A stretch of DNA of 61,650 bases, filler included. It is 7 parts of 7 records of this genome, joined end to end, with 100 filler letters (N's around TTAATTAATTAA, not from the genome) between each part and the next. Parts side by side here need not be neighbours in the genome. Positions count along the whole stretch, not along the records: positions 20,993 to 34,994 come from SRR31147125_27837; 6 more parts are not named here. One strand, given 5' to 3'. A program made the translations under genes and the position numbers. Below, piece by piece: positions 20,993 through 31,875 of this stretch (positions within the stretch are counted from its first letter, which is position 1; each line of letters starts with the position of its first letter). The notes below the pieces were generated by a model. That model was not told where the DNA came from, did not search any database, and saw only the letters and a list, made by a program, of their open reading frames with translations.

Positions 20993-21299
20993 GTTTTTAT
21001 TAAACGTCCGGACAGCAGTGATATTAACTCTTAAAGTTATGAAAAATACTTTGCTTAAGGAATGAGAAAAGCATTGTCCGTAATCCTGCATTCCAATATG
21101 CCCTAATTGTGTGCTCAATTAGTACTCTAATGTATAACAAACCGAATCAATTGAGATCAAAACTTTCATTTCGTTCAGGCAAAAAAGAACCTGCATCACT
21201 CCCGATTCCATAATTTTTCCTACCCAAAATGGCAATCAACCTCTATGGATAACGTCTGTTGCTTTTGAGACCTTGATGATACATTTTCATAATAACATA

Positions 21300-22297
21300 T
21301 CATTTTGTTATCAAATTTATTTGGTTACAAATTTCAAATTGGGCGGATTGAGCACATTTCATGGTTGAGCCATCAACATTTACCGGGAAATTATTGATAT
21401 TGCTTGGTTTTACCCTTAGAGTTTTTTTTATGGTATAAGATTCGAATCCCCATTTGTCCGGATTTTCTAAAACAGAAGAATCCCAGGCGTGTTTAAACTG
21501 TCCTAATAGTTTGAATAATCCTAAATTTCTAAGAGCAAACAAATAAAATTCACCTGAACCCAATAGAGCTGATTGTGCAAACGGGAGATCCGGACCCAAA
21601 TCGCCATTCACGATAATCAAGGCTTGATAATAATTTTCACTTTTTTGCTCACCATCAATACTGATTTGCCACCTTTTTTTTCCATGAAAAACATCCGTTG
21701 AGATTTTTCGCAAAACTGCCAAGTTTGCACCGACAAAAAAAGGCCCCAGATCACCAAACAACTGGCTTAATATCCCTTTGTAATATTTTATGAATCTATT
21801 TTCAGTGAATCGGGGAATTTCCCAAAAATTTCAGCCCCACCATACCCTACGAAATGTCGGGGGATTACATCATCACCTTCACTTGTGGCCCGAAGGACAT
21901 CGCATTTGATTGTTTTATTTTCTCTGATTGAATCACTAAAGACCTTAATCGCCTGGTCAATGTTATCGGGCATTCCGAGCGTCTTTCCGATAAGATCAGC
22001 AGAACCCTTTCTTAAAAAACCTAATTTAACTTTTTCCAGATTTATCTGAGAATCCAAACATCCTTCCAGGACACTGTTGAATGTTCCTGAACCTCCGGCG
22101 GAAATAATGATTCTGCTTCCCCTCTTAACCAGATCACTGGTTGTATTTCTCGCTTTAGAGTGGCTATCAACTGAATAAAGTGAGATGTTTTCATACCCAT
22201 TTTTTTTAAATAAAGGGATAATATGTTTGACCTTGCTCCAATCTTTAACTGATCCGGAAATTGTGGTCGCAATTACATCTATTTTTAAATTTTTCAT
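21300..22297 (-). CDS. Diacylglycerol/lipid kinase family protein, frameshift near 21815
   Basis: ISAGGSGT, GFLRKGSADL; C-terminal half with VNVDG in ORF 21300-21761. Confidence 0.75.
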
Positions 22298-22299
22298 TT

Positions 22300-23721
22300 T
22301 TATTTTCTTTCAATGAATTTTTGAATAAAACTGTACGAATGTGTCATAACCTTTTCAAGGGATGCATTTCCATCGATAACACATGTTGGTTTATTCAAAT
22401 TACTATGAATCACATCACATACCAGCATATAAGCCTGCCGGAGTTGACCAAGTTTTTCTTCTGTTTCATGCACCTGCTTTGTTTCGCCTCTTTTTTCTAT
22501 TCGTTGACACGCAATTGAAGGATTAACATCAAGAAACATGACTATATCAGGTAATTTTAAATGATCAAGTCTTAAATATTTGAGAGATGTTAATTCAGAA
22601 AAATGCTTATAAATAGGATCCGTTTTCGCAATCTGTTCAGAAGCTGTTAATATTTTAATTGCTTTTAAACAAATTTCTTTTGTAAAATATTTTTGTTTAT
22701 ATAAAGAAGCCCATGCCGTTAAATTGAGTAATGGCGCACCATCTAAAACAATATAATCAGGCGAATACCATTTTTTCACTTCGTCGAGAATGTGGTCTCT
22801 GAGAAGAAGCTCGGCTAATTTAGGTATTTTGTACCCTTTGAGGGATTTTGCCTTTTTTGCATAACTTGAAATTATTTTCCTGATCTCATCAGTGATTAAG
22901 GGTTGGATATTTTTAAGATGACCATTTTCATAAAGCAATAGATTATCACTCACTAAACAGACAATGGCCTTATCGGAAAGTAATTCAGTCATTTTCCTTG
23001 AAAGTGTACTTTTCCCGGAACCGTCTATTCCCAAAAATGCTATCGTTACAATCGGTTTCTCTCTTTGTGGTTTTCTTTTATGTCGTGATCTAAGCGCCGA
23101 TTCTTCAAGCTGATTGAGGTTTTCTTCAAGCACTTGAGAGATGTTTTTAGATTTTCCATGAAAAATTTGTGGAGGAGCAATATAAACATCATTCCAAAAC
23201 GGTAAAGGGAAAAAACTTCCCTTTGGAAGTACTCTTTCCGGACCAAATAAATAAATTGGGATGATCGGAATTTGTGGGTACAGTACAGCGAGTCGGCCAA
23301 TACCACTCTGAAAATGAAGTATTTTCCCGGGATTGCCTCTTGTCCCCTCAGGAAAGATGATGACATTATGTCCATCATCAAGTTTTTCTTTTACCCCTTT
23401 TAATGGGTCCGTCTTTGAATAGTACATCCCTCTCTCAATCCAAATCGGTGAGAATAGTTTATTAACCATATAAAAAATGAATTTTGATCTGGAAAAATAT
23501 TCCCGACAAGCGACAGGGTGTGTAGTCATAATATCTTTAATCGGTAATACGCAAAACAAAACAAGAGTATCAAAATGGCTATTATGATTAGCGACTATGA
23601 TATATCTACCTAAATGTTGGATATTCTTTTTGCCAATGATATTGAATCCACAAAAGATTTTAACAAATGGGCGGAGTACAAGAATATGCAACAGTATCTG
23701 AATTTTAAATTTTATCTTCAT
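22300..23721 (-). CDS. PlsC-type acyltransferase fused to a thymidylate-kinase-like P-loop domain
   Basis: NHNSHFD and FPEGTRG; then FLGIDGSGKST and PDIVMFLDVNPSIACQRIEKRG. Confidence 0.85.
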   Translation of the reverse strand: MKIKFKIQILLHILVLRPFVKIFCGFNIIGKKNIQHLGRYIIVANHNSHFDTLVLFCVLPIKDIMTTHPVACREYFSRSKFIFYMVNKLFSPIWIERGMYYSKTDPLKGVKEKLDDGHNVIIFPEGTRGNPGKILHFQSGIGRLAVLYPQIPIIPIYLFGPERVLPKGSFFPLPFWNDVYIAPPQIFHGKSKNISQVLEENLNQLEESALRSRHKRKPQREKPIVTIAFLGIDGSGKSTLSRKMTELLSDKAIVCLVSDNLLLYENGHLKNIQPLITDEIRKIISSYAKKAKSLKGYKIPKLAELLLRDHILDEVKKWYSPDYIVLDGAPLLNLTAWASLYKQKYFTKEICLKAIKILTASEQIAKTDPIYKHFSELTSLKYLRLDHLKLPDIVMFLDVNPSIACQRIEKRGETKQVHETEEKLGQLRQAYMLVCDVIHSNLNKPTCVIDGNASLEKVMTHSYSFIQKFIERK

Positions 23722-24576
23722 CCAAAAAATATCTGATATAATGAAAAACTACAGGAGCTGTATAAAAAATTGATTTGAAATTTTCAAGAATGGCTCCTTT
23801 ACCGGGAAGGATATTCTCTTTTCTAATTCCCAGGTCAGATTCTATATGATCAATGGTAAAATTACCCATTAAAATAAGAAATGGAATTAGAATTCCCAAA
23901 GTAACGGAATGCTCCATTGGGATTCTGGTCCAGGGTGCTATAAAAACTGCTAAAATGACAATCACTGGCATTGCAGTCAGGTACGCGAAAAGCATTGCTT
24001 TGAAAACTTTTTTTCCTTTATCTGATGAAAATATAAAGTCATATTGCATATGATAATACTCGCAATCAACATAATAGCTACCCGTCGGGAGAAAAATGAC
24101 AAGTAGCCAATATGTCCAAGACAATACACGAATAGAAATAAACCAAAATAGATAGCTCCAGTAGAAAAAACGATCCCCTGTGTTTCCTTTCCACCCAAGG
24201 CAAGGAGGAAGGGAATAATTAAAAACGTGTAAACTGGAATTGATATAATAAACATTCCATACCAATTAATCTGGATATAATAAATCATAAAGGGAATTGA
24301 GAAATAAGCACCTAAAATTGCCCACCTGTCTTCTGGCCGCATATCGATTAATGAAAAATATTCGCGTAAAGACCAGAAACAAAGAATTGCCAATACCCAG
24401 ATCCCAAGTGAAAAAGAGATTATTTCAGCTATACTAAAAAAGAAGAAAAATATCCATAAAAAAGTCAGGTGGTTTGCGAAAAGGATTGGTTTTTTTACAA
24501 TATATTTTATAAGGGAAAAGAGGGATAGGATAATTAAAACTATAAAAATGGTAAGTTGAGATGATTCGATGTTCAT
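23705..24576 (-). CDS. Phosphatidate cytidylyltransferase-like membrane protein, degenerate motif, frameshift near 24010
   Basis: LREYF...YGMFIISIPVY N-terminus; C-terminus DLGI...ILPGKGAILENFKS...APVVFHYIRYF. Confidence 0.7.
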
Positions 24577-24634
24577 TTCATTTTTCCATTTTCAGTTATA
24601 AAAATGTCAAAACATTTTTGTCTCCTAATATTGA

Positions 24635-24663
24635 ATTGTAAGGGATACTTTTAATAAGAGCAA
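24635..24663 (-). promoter_or_regulatory. Sigma70-type promoter of the lipid operon
   Basis: TTGCTC-17nt-TACAAT about 60 nt upstream of the start. Confidence 0.45.
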
Positions 24664-25176
24664 GACATTTTTTAAATAAAATATACAAAATTGTATTCGA
24701 TTGTATTCAAGCCTAACCTTTAAAATATAAATAAATTATACCATTTTTTATCAAAGTTAAGGTTTCAGGAAAATTGTTTAGAAGAAAAGCGTTGCCCTTA
24801 ATCCTGAATTCAATCATGCTGTACTGGTGTACTCATTTTCTGACTTGAGAAATGCCAGCCGATAGCGATCAGGTAAATAATTTTATCCGGGTATTACAAA
24901 ATAATTGTAAGCATGTATCTTTCCAAATATTTACGACACTCTTTAAAAACTATGGCTTGAGGATTTGAAATTCCAAGTCTTTAGGTCCCGGAAAAGTAAT
25001 ATAACTATATTACCTACTATATCATTCTGTTCTTAATTTCTACTTGAAATAGTTACGTGCCAAAAATCTGAATACATATGTTTCAGAACTATTGTCAATA
25101 ATGTCGAAAAATTTTTAAAGGCATTAAATTGACAACTCTAAAAGTCATTTTCTCTCAAAAAATTAAAACAAATATA

Positions 25177-26553
25177 CTATTCCAGCTTATTCAATTTCTG
25201 ATTCAGTTCCAGAAAATCACAAAGGGTATTTACGTTTTGATTAAAAACGCTGCTTTTGATTCTGTCTTTGGTGATGTATTCGCCATTCCAGCGAACGCCA
25301 GGCACCATATTTCTGTAACGATCATTTTTTGTAATCCAGCGACCCGTTTCATCCTGAGTTTTGATAATTTTTTCAACCATTGGTTTCAAATTCCTGATCC
25401 TGCTTAATATGTCCTCCCGACTTTCCTTAACAGGATAGTCGGGTTCTATTTTTGACCGTTTCAGGATGATTGCATTGAATCGTGTTCTCACTCTTTCCAG
25501 AGCAGCAGACAGATCTGTTTCATAACCATAACCTGTCCTGCGTTCTATGTGCAATTCTTCCATGGAATTTACCCTGATCCGACCACGATCATAATAGAGT
25601 GGTTTATTGGTTCCCAGTTCTACAAACCTGGCCCACTTGCCATTGGGTAAACGAATATCATCCAGCCACAGAAACGCATCCGGAATGGGTTCCAGGTAGC
25701 CGGCATCGCCGGTATATTCATAGAGATCCATCAGGCTTTTGATATTCTGTACGGTCACTTGCGGGCACACTGACGGTGGTTCAAATGTCCTGGCCCAGGC
25801 TGGTTGAAGATGTCGGTTATATTGTTGTGCCCAACCCGGTTGCGGTGGAGGAAGCTGGGATATTTCCAAAAACCGGCCAACTTTATTAAGACTCTTTTCA
25901 TATTCCTCTTTTCCATAAAACTGATGTGCTTTCATCATGACGCGAATACAATCATTAATCCCTTTGTCATTAAAAGTGGCAAAATCATGATAATTCCCCT
26001 GCTCAGGATATCGATGCGGCCAGCCGCCATCCTTTAACTGAGACGTGAGCATCATATTCAACGCTTTATCTACTGCCATGGATAATGAATCGTTTTCTAT
26101 AACCTGATCCAATGTCATCAAAAATTCAATGGCGCTCTGCGTTTGATTATCATCAAAGCTGACAACCGATCTTTTTTCTTCGTTAAAGTGAATTTTATGT
26201 TCCCACCCACCCAGGTCGTTTTGACCATGAATGAGAGCAAACGCCGCATCTTTGGCAGCGTCAAGATATTTATTGTTGCCTGTTACATTAAACGCACGCA
26301 AAAAAGTCATTCCCACCGCAGGTGTACCCGGAGGCTGCACCTCTATGGTAAAATCATCTGTCCTGCCTTCCCCCCATTTTTCACTCATATCGACCGAATA
26401 GACATAAACATAACCGCCCTGTATATTTATAGAATGAAAATAAGAGATTCCTTTATCAAGGACATTTTCGACATCTTTAATATCATCAGCAAAAACAGGG
26501 ATAGAAAAGCAAAATAGTAACAGGAGAGCGAGAGAGACCAGTTTTTTCATCAT
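25177..26553 (-). CDS. Secreted pectate-lyase-like protein (PL10/PelA family)
   Basis: Signal peptide; SFDDNQT, GGWPHRYP, ATFND, GWAQQY, PAWARTFEP, WARFVE. Confidence 0.75.
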   Translation of the reverse strand: MMKKLVSLALLLLFCFSIPVFADDIKDVENVLDKGISYFHSINIQGGYVYVYSVDMSEKWGEGRTDDFTIEVQPPGTPAVGMTFLRAFNVTGNNKYLDAAKDAAFALIHGQNDLGGWEHKIHFNEEKRSVVSFDDNQTQSAIEFLMTLDQVIENDSLSMAVDKALNMMLTSQLKDGGWPHRYPEQGNYHDFATFNDKGINDCIRVMMKAHQFYGKEEYEKSLNKVGRFLEISQLPPPQPGWAQQYNRHLQPAWARTFEPPSVCPQVTVQNIKSLMDLYEYTGDAGYLEPIPDAFLWLDDIRLPNGKWARFVELGTNKPLYYDRGRIRVNSMEELHIERRTGYGYETDLSAALERVRTRFNAIILKRSKIEPDYPVKESREDILSRIRNLKPMVEKIIKTQDETGRWITKNDRYRNMVPGVRWNGEYITKDRIKSSVFNQNVNTLCDFLELNQKLNKLE

Positions 26554-26655
26554 CGTTAATACTTTCCGGATTTAAAAGATTTTATGCTTGTTGTTTAAGA
26601 TTATAACAGAAAAAAAATTAAAATTCATATAACGGATATTATTCGTCTATCCATT

Positions 26656-29169
26656 TCAATATAAAAACGGTACGACTATTTCCCCAAAAGCTTGTTCAGC
26701 ACTATTATGATAAGCCCCATAAAATGTACTATTACAATCCAGCCAGAGGGTAATCCTGTATAATTCATTATCGGATAGTTCTACACCATGGTGGTCGTTT
26801 GTTAACATGTTATAGAGTTCCGAGCCATACGCGCCAATCTGTCCGGGAATCGAATAGCTTGTTTCATTTTTCTTAATGAGAGCACCATTACCACCACTTT
26901 TAAACCAGGCAAATGGAGCGAGAGAGTGATACGCCTGGGACCAGCCAAACTCATTCTCATCTTTTGTTAATTTTGGTGCCCTGGCGTTTTTTTCATGGCA
27001 TCCGGAACAGTTTTTTTCCAAAACGGGCTGTACGAGTCTGGGAAAGGTTAATGGCCATGAGCCGTCCACATCCGGTTTTATTTTTGACGGAGCACGTTTA
27101 AGAGCCATGGGAACCATGGCAACAGAATTTTTTACAGATCGATGTTTTTGTTCATGACATCCCTGGCACACAAGTTTTTCACCACGATGGACATATGTCA
27201 GAGAACGCATGGTCTGAACAGCCAGACCTTTTTCATCAAGTGCCTGAAAATAGAGTGGTATTCCAGCTGGTGCTTCAAAATACACAGATCCGTCTTTTTC
27301 AACAGGAACTGTTCCTAAAACACCACGGGCTAAAGATTGGTCACCAGCTCCGATTTTTGGAATGGCTGCCTGCCGTGTTGTTTTGGGAAACAACTGCACC
27401 ACCCGAAGTGCTTTGATACCCGTATTCTCCGGCCAGTGAAAATCAGATTCGTAAATATTCATAACAGCAATGGTGGCTGTTGGATTGTCCATTTCAAATC
27501 TGCGGTCCGCCAAAGCCTGGGTTGTCTGGCTGGGAATGACAGGCGGGCGAGTACGTTTGACAAGAGGAATTGGATCCAGACACGGGACATTGGGATCGCG
27601 GTAAAGTAATATCCGGTTACCAAAAGTATCCAAAAGAGTCAAACCATGATTCTCTTGTTCAGGATCATAAACACAAAGATAAAAATCCTCACTTAACGGC
27701 CACGGAGAAGCATAGACTTCTCCTTGTGGACTATGCCGGCCTTTGGGATGTGGCACTCCTGGAGCCATTTCGGCTTCAGGAAAGTGGGCGTCAGGCGTAA
27801 TTCGTTTGATTTGTCCCATAGCTCGATCATCTTGTAACTTGTGATCCACAAGAACGAGCGATCCATATGACTGTCCGTGATGAGGAGCAGATACCGCCAC
27901 ATACTTTTGTGAACCAGGGATGGCACGGGGCGACAACTCCATCCACGGCCTGCTTTCTCTTAAATGCGGATAATTTCCATGAGAACTCCTCGGATCACGG
28001 CCGTCAGGATAACAAAACCACAAATGGTGAGCAATATCGGAATCGCGGTCAACATAATCCCATCGGGTATAGACTATTTTCCCGTCATTTGTCACGCTGG
28101 GGTGCCATTCGTGTGTTTCATGATAACTGAGGGGAATAATATCATTGCCATCAGGCATCATGGCGTGCAAGGTATAGGTGGGATCCGGACGGGCGCCACA
28201 GCGAAGATAACCTCCCCTGCGTTCAGATATGAAAGCGATACGTCCGTTTGGTAATACACATGGATCAAAATCATTCCAGGGTCCATCTGTCAATTGAGTG
28301 AGTCCGGAACCGTCGGTTTGAACTTTGAATATATGATAAGTGGATTCCAGGTTCCAATAGGATAAAATACCCGCTTCATCAAACTGATCCTGGCAGAACC
28401 ATTTACCGTTTGTATCGCCCTGATAAGGAATTGCGGCCTCTTTTGCCTCTGTCCAGGCGAAATAGATGGTACGAGCATCATAATCCAGTTCCAAACTGAT
28501 AAAGGAACCACCTTCCAGTTTTTGTCCTTTCATTCGGCCATTATTCACCGTCGCATTAACCAAAATATTTCGAACTATAGGTGATTGACCAAACAAATTG
28601 TCCACAACATAGAGTCCGCCACCAGGCTTGGCGTGGAAACCAAAATATTGATCACACATGTGGTCGTACCTGGCCTTATGGTGGGTCAGAAAAAGAAGTG
28701 ATTCAAAATCCAGTAATGGGTTTTTAAAAGCAATGTCCCGGCGTAACGAAATCATTTGTTTGAACAGCTTTTTCCGGAGCTCTTTATTTTCTATCGATGT
28801 GTTGACTGTTTGATTTTGCAGTGTTTGTAATTTATTTCCTTCACGTGACAAGTCCGGAGCATGTTCCATATCCTGAAGATAGTGCAAAAGAATTTTTGTA
28901 CGGCGTAGCAACACATCCAGCGGGTCCTTGTCAGATGGCAGAACAAGCGCCGCTTTGTGAAGTGTTTGCTCCATTAACTTTAACGGCATTTCATTTTTAC
29001 TATAAAAATCAATCTGCTTTTGGATATAAGTGTATTCCATTTCAGATTCAAGGTCGATCAAATTCGTACTATTGACAGTTTTCACAGGGGACCCTGCCAG
29101 AACCTGAACCAGTAGAAATGTGGTCAGGAATAAAAAAGACAATCTCATATTCATTTTTACAGCACTCAT
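26656..29169 (-). CDS. Hydrazine-synthase-alpha-like (HzsA-related) c-type cytochrome
   Basis: Signal peptide; TolB-like propeller repeats (DPCVLPNGRIAFISER, YTRWDYVDR); LGTVPVEKDGS...FQALD middle domain; CQGCH, CSGCH. Confidence 0.78.
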   Translation of the reverse strand: MSAVKMNMRLSFLFLTTFLLVQVLAGSPVKTVNSTNLIDLESEMEYTYIQKQIDFYSKNEMPLKLMEQTLHKAALVLPSDKDPLDVLLRRTKILLHYLQDMEHAPDLSREGNKLQTLQNQTVNTSIENKELRKKLFKQMISLRRDIAFKNPLLDFESLLFLTHHKARYDHMCDQYFGFHAKPGGGLYVVDNLFGQSPIVRNILVNATVNNGRMKGQKLEGGSFISLELDYDARTIYFAWTEAKEAAIPYQGDTNGKWFCQDQFDEAGILSYWNLESTYHIFKVQTDGSGLTQLTDGPWNDFDPCVLPNGRIAFISERRGGYLRCGARPDPTYTLHAMMPDGNDIIPLSYHETHEWHPSVTNDGKIVYTRWDYVDRDSDIAHHLWFCYPDGRDPRSSHGNYPHLRESRPWMELSPRAIPGSQKYVAVSAPHHGQSYGSLVLVDHKLQDDRAMGQIKRITPDAHFPEAEMAPGVPHPKGRHSPQGEVYASPWPLSEDFYLCVYDPEQENHGLTLLDTFGNRILLYRDPNVPCLDPIPLVKRTRPPVIPSQTTQALADRRFEMDNPTATIAVMNIYESDFHWPENTGIKALRVVQLFPKTTRQAAIPKIGAGDQSLARGVLGTVPVEKDGSVYFEAPAGIPLYFQALDEKGLAVQTMRSLTYVHRGEKLVCQGCHEQKHRSVKNSVAMVPMALKRAPSKIKPDVDGSWPLTFPRLVQPVLEKNCSGCHEKNARAPKLTKDENEFGWSQAYHSLAPFAWFKSGGNGALIKKNETSYSIPGQIGAYGSELYNMLTNDHHGVELSDNELYRITLWLDCNSTFYGAYHNSAEQAFGEIVVPFLY

Positions 29170-29270
29170 TCCAGGTCTCCATAAATAACAAACGTTTCAA
29201 ACAGATCTTTTATACGAATCAGAACAGAATTTCAATTCTCAACATGGATTAATCATCATCTTTTATATTA

Positions 29271-31778
29271 TTAAAACGTGGTCACAGATTCCCAGTATTT
29301 TCGATCTGCCTCATAGGGATTAACGTGCTGCCGTGGCATATCCTTGTCCACAATACCGAACCGCAGCATTTCCCGGTAATACTCGGGTCGAACGACAAAA
29401 TCGTTCATATCAAATCTTTTGATAGAATCCAGATATGTTTTGGTATGCCGGATTGCCTGCAGGAGGGTCACATATCCTTCATCTTTTTTTGTTGCAAAGA
29501 TACTCTTGTCATCCTCACGACAGAGCCCATATCCTCCGGCATGCCGGGATAACGGTGCCAACAGCAGTGTAGAGTTTTCAGGCGTCGTTAAATCATATAC
29601 AATATGCCGGGAAAAAGTGACTTTTTCAAAAAATTCTTCCTGTTTGATATAACCGTTCATCATATCTGTCCGGCTTTTCCACCAGATCAGGTTTTTCTCT
29701 TCGCATATATCCGGCATGAGTTCCTGGTGGCATGACTGGCAATCTTCTTTAATCACTTTTGTTGCAGCCTGCCACTTTGCATTTTCAACCGGTCTTCGGT
29801 CAGGATCATTTCGTATCATCCTCCCTATCATGCCCGAGCCCAGCGCCGCATACGTTCCGGGATATGTTGCGCCGGTATTAATCCAAAATCGTAACATTTG
29901 AAGTTCAGAATCCGCAAGATTGACCCCTTTGTGATGATTTTCTATTAATCGGATGAACGGACTTTGGGAATCACCAACCATTTCCGGTTTATTAAGGGGT
30001 TCGTATTGATTTCGGCCATCATTGACCAAAAATCGGGCGAGAAGGTTAAAATAACTATGAGAATAAACCGGACCTCTATTGCCGGTTAACAACAGTCCTG
30101 CGGACCGTTTTTGCGGATTATGACATCCAACACAGTGCCGGTCGAGAATCGGTTGAATATCCCGGGGAAAATCAATAACATCCGGAATACCCGCTATTTT
30201 TTGCGGTTCGAGTGGCGGTTTTTTCGTCGCCAACGGATATGCTGATCTGTTGGCCGGCGTTAATGTTCTGTGTTCATGACAGCCAATGCAGGTAACGGTT
30301 TCTCCAGCCACGACCGAGGTGAAACTTTTCATTCGTTGCAGAGCACGATTATCCTGGTCCAATGCCACAAACAAAAAGCTTTTATTGGCAGGAAGCGTAA
30401 AATGGGCCGAACCATCGGACTCTATGGGCACGGTTCCGACAATTCGCTCAAGTGTGAACGAGCCGGTATAGGTCAAGGGTTCATTGCCGCCGGTAAAGTT
30501 GATGGGTTTTGGCAATGTTTCCAAAACCAGTAATTTCTTTATCTGTCCTCGCATCGAATCCGACATGTTCCGTCCTTCATAGACATCCTGTAAAACGATC
30601 GTACCAATGTCTTTTGCCGGATGCAGTGCTGACGCAATAACAGGTTCGGGGATTCTTTTCAGCACGGGTCTGGGTTCAAAAACTTTATATCCATTATCTC
30701 TTAAATTTTCAGGTAAAGAAAAGATATTTTTCTTAGTGCCATTCTCATTTATAAGCGCCAGTTGTTCACCTGTAGATACAAGATAAAGGCTTGATGAAAT
30801 CGGAAAGGGATCGTAAATATACTCTTTGTTTTTTCCCTTCCAAATGAATGTTACTGCCTGTTTTTGATCAGGACCTTGTTTAAGGGAAATCCGTGCCAAA
30901 TGTCCGGCGTGCTCTCTTCTTCCATGTCCGGGAGAAAATGAGGTGATAATATCCGAGGTGCCAGGGATTGGCTTTGCATCGATCAACAGGCACGATTCGG
31001 GAACACTGGTATGCTGATTGCCAAATAAAACGCTTTGTTTTGAGCCGTCAGGATTCATGATCCACAAATGGTGAAAATGCACCTGACTGCGATCAACGTA
31101 CTCCCAGCGGGTGTACATGATCCTGCCATCCGGCATAACCCAGGGTGTGTTATCATGTTCGATATTGGCGGACAATTGTGTAATTTCACTCCCATCAGCC
31201 TTGCAGCGATATAGCACAGCCACCTGGGTTGCCCAGCAATTGACCCATCTCTGGCAGCGGGAGGAGACAAACATAATATCACCATCAGGCAGGTAACATG
31301 GCTCGATATCCGAAAAAGGTCCTTCGGTAAGTTGTCTTAAAAAACGGCCGTTAACATCCGTTTCATACAGATGAAAAGCATCCTCGCCACCTTTGCGATA
31401 TGAAAAAAGGATCCTGTTGCCATCATAATGCAATTGAGGATCACGATAACTTCCTTTTTCATCTTCAAACAAGATTGTGATTGATTTATCACGAACATTA
31501 TATTTGCACAGGCTCCCTCCTTCAGAGTGGCATTTGTGGTTTTCATCCGAGGCAAAATAGCCGAAATTCGCATACCAATGCCCATCCTCAGCTAATTTCC
31601 GTGTGACAAAAACAATGTCTTCAATACCAGTGTTGTCAAATGACAAATTATCATTCTGAATTTGGGAAAACGAAATGTCTGGTTCCTGAAATACCAAAAC
31701 GAGCAGGAACATCAGAAAAAAACGCCGACTGAATAATGTGCTGAAATTCATATAGTTTTCCTTAAATATCCGGGACAT
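29271..31778 (-). CDS. Second hydrazine-synthase-alpha-like c-type cytochrome
   Basis: EPCYLPDGDIMFVSSR, YTRWEYVDR, VGTVPIESDGS; CIGCH, CVGCH, CQSCH. Confidence 0.78.
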   Translation of the reverse strand: MSRIFKENYMNFSTLFSRRFFLMFLLVLVFQEPDISFSQIQNDNLSFDNTGIEDIVFVTRKLAEDGHWYANFGYFASDENHKCHSEGGSLCKYNVRDKSITILFEDEKGSYRDPQLHYDGNRILFSYRKGGEDAFHLYETDVNGRFLRQLTEGPFSDIEPCYLPDGDIMFVSSRCQRWVNCWATQVAVLYRCKADGSEITQLSANIEHDNTPWVMPDGRIMYTRWEYVDRSQVHFHHLWIMNPDGSKQSVLFGNQHTSVPESCLLIDAKPIPGTSDIITSFSPGHGRREHAGHLARISLKQGPDQKQAVTFIWKGKNKEYIYDPFPISSSLYLVSTGEQLALINENGTKKNIFSLPENLRDNGYKVFEPRPVLKRIPEPVIASALHPAKDIGTIVLQDVYEGRNMSDSMRGQIKKLLVLETLPKPINFTGGNEPLTYTGSFTLERIVGTVPIESDGSAHFTLPANKSFLFVALDQDNRALQRMKSFTSVVAGETVTCIGCHEHRTLTPANRSAYPLATKKPPLEPQKIAGIPDVIDFPRDIQPILDRHCVGCHNPQKRSAGLLLTGNRGPVYSHSYFNLLARFLVNDGRNQYEPLNKPEMVGDSQSPFIRLIENHHKGVNLADSELQMLRFWINTGATYPGTYAALGSGMIGRMIRNDPDRRPVENAKWQAATKVIKEDCQSCHQELMPDICEEKNLIWWKSRTDMMNGYIKQEEFFEKVTFSRHIVYDLTTPENSTLLLAPLSRHAGGYGLCREDDKSIFATKKDEGYVTLLQAIRHTKTYLDSIKRFDMNDFVVRPEYYREMLRFGIVDKDMPRQHVNPYEADRKYWESVTTF

Positions 31779-31875
31779 AAACTTTAGAATTCACAAGGCA
31801 ATTTAATGGATTTGCCAATACTGATTTTTTAAATTTCCAGGATCAGGTTCATTGTATAATTCACGTCAAATCTTG

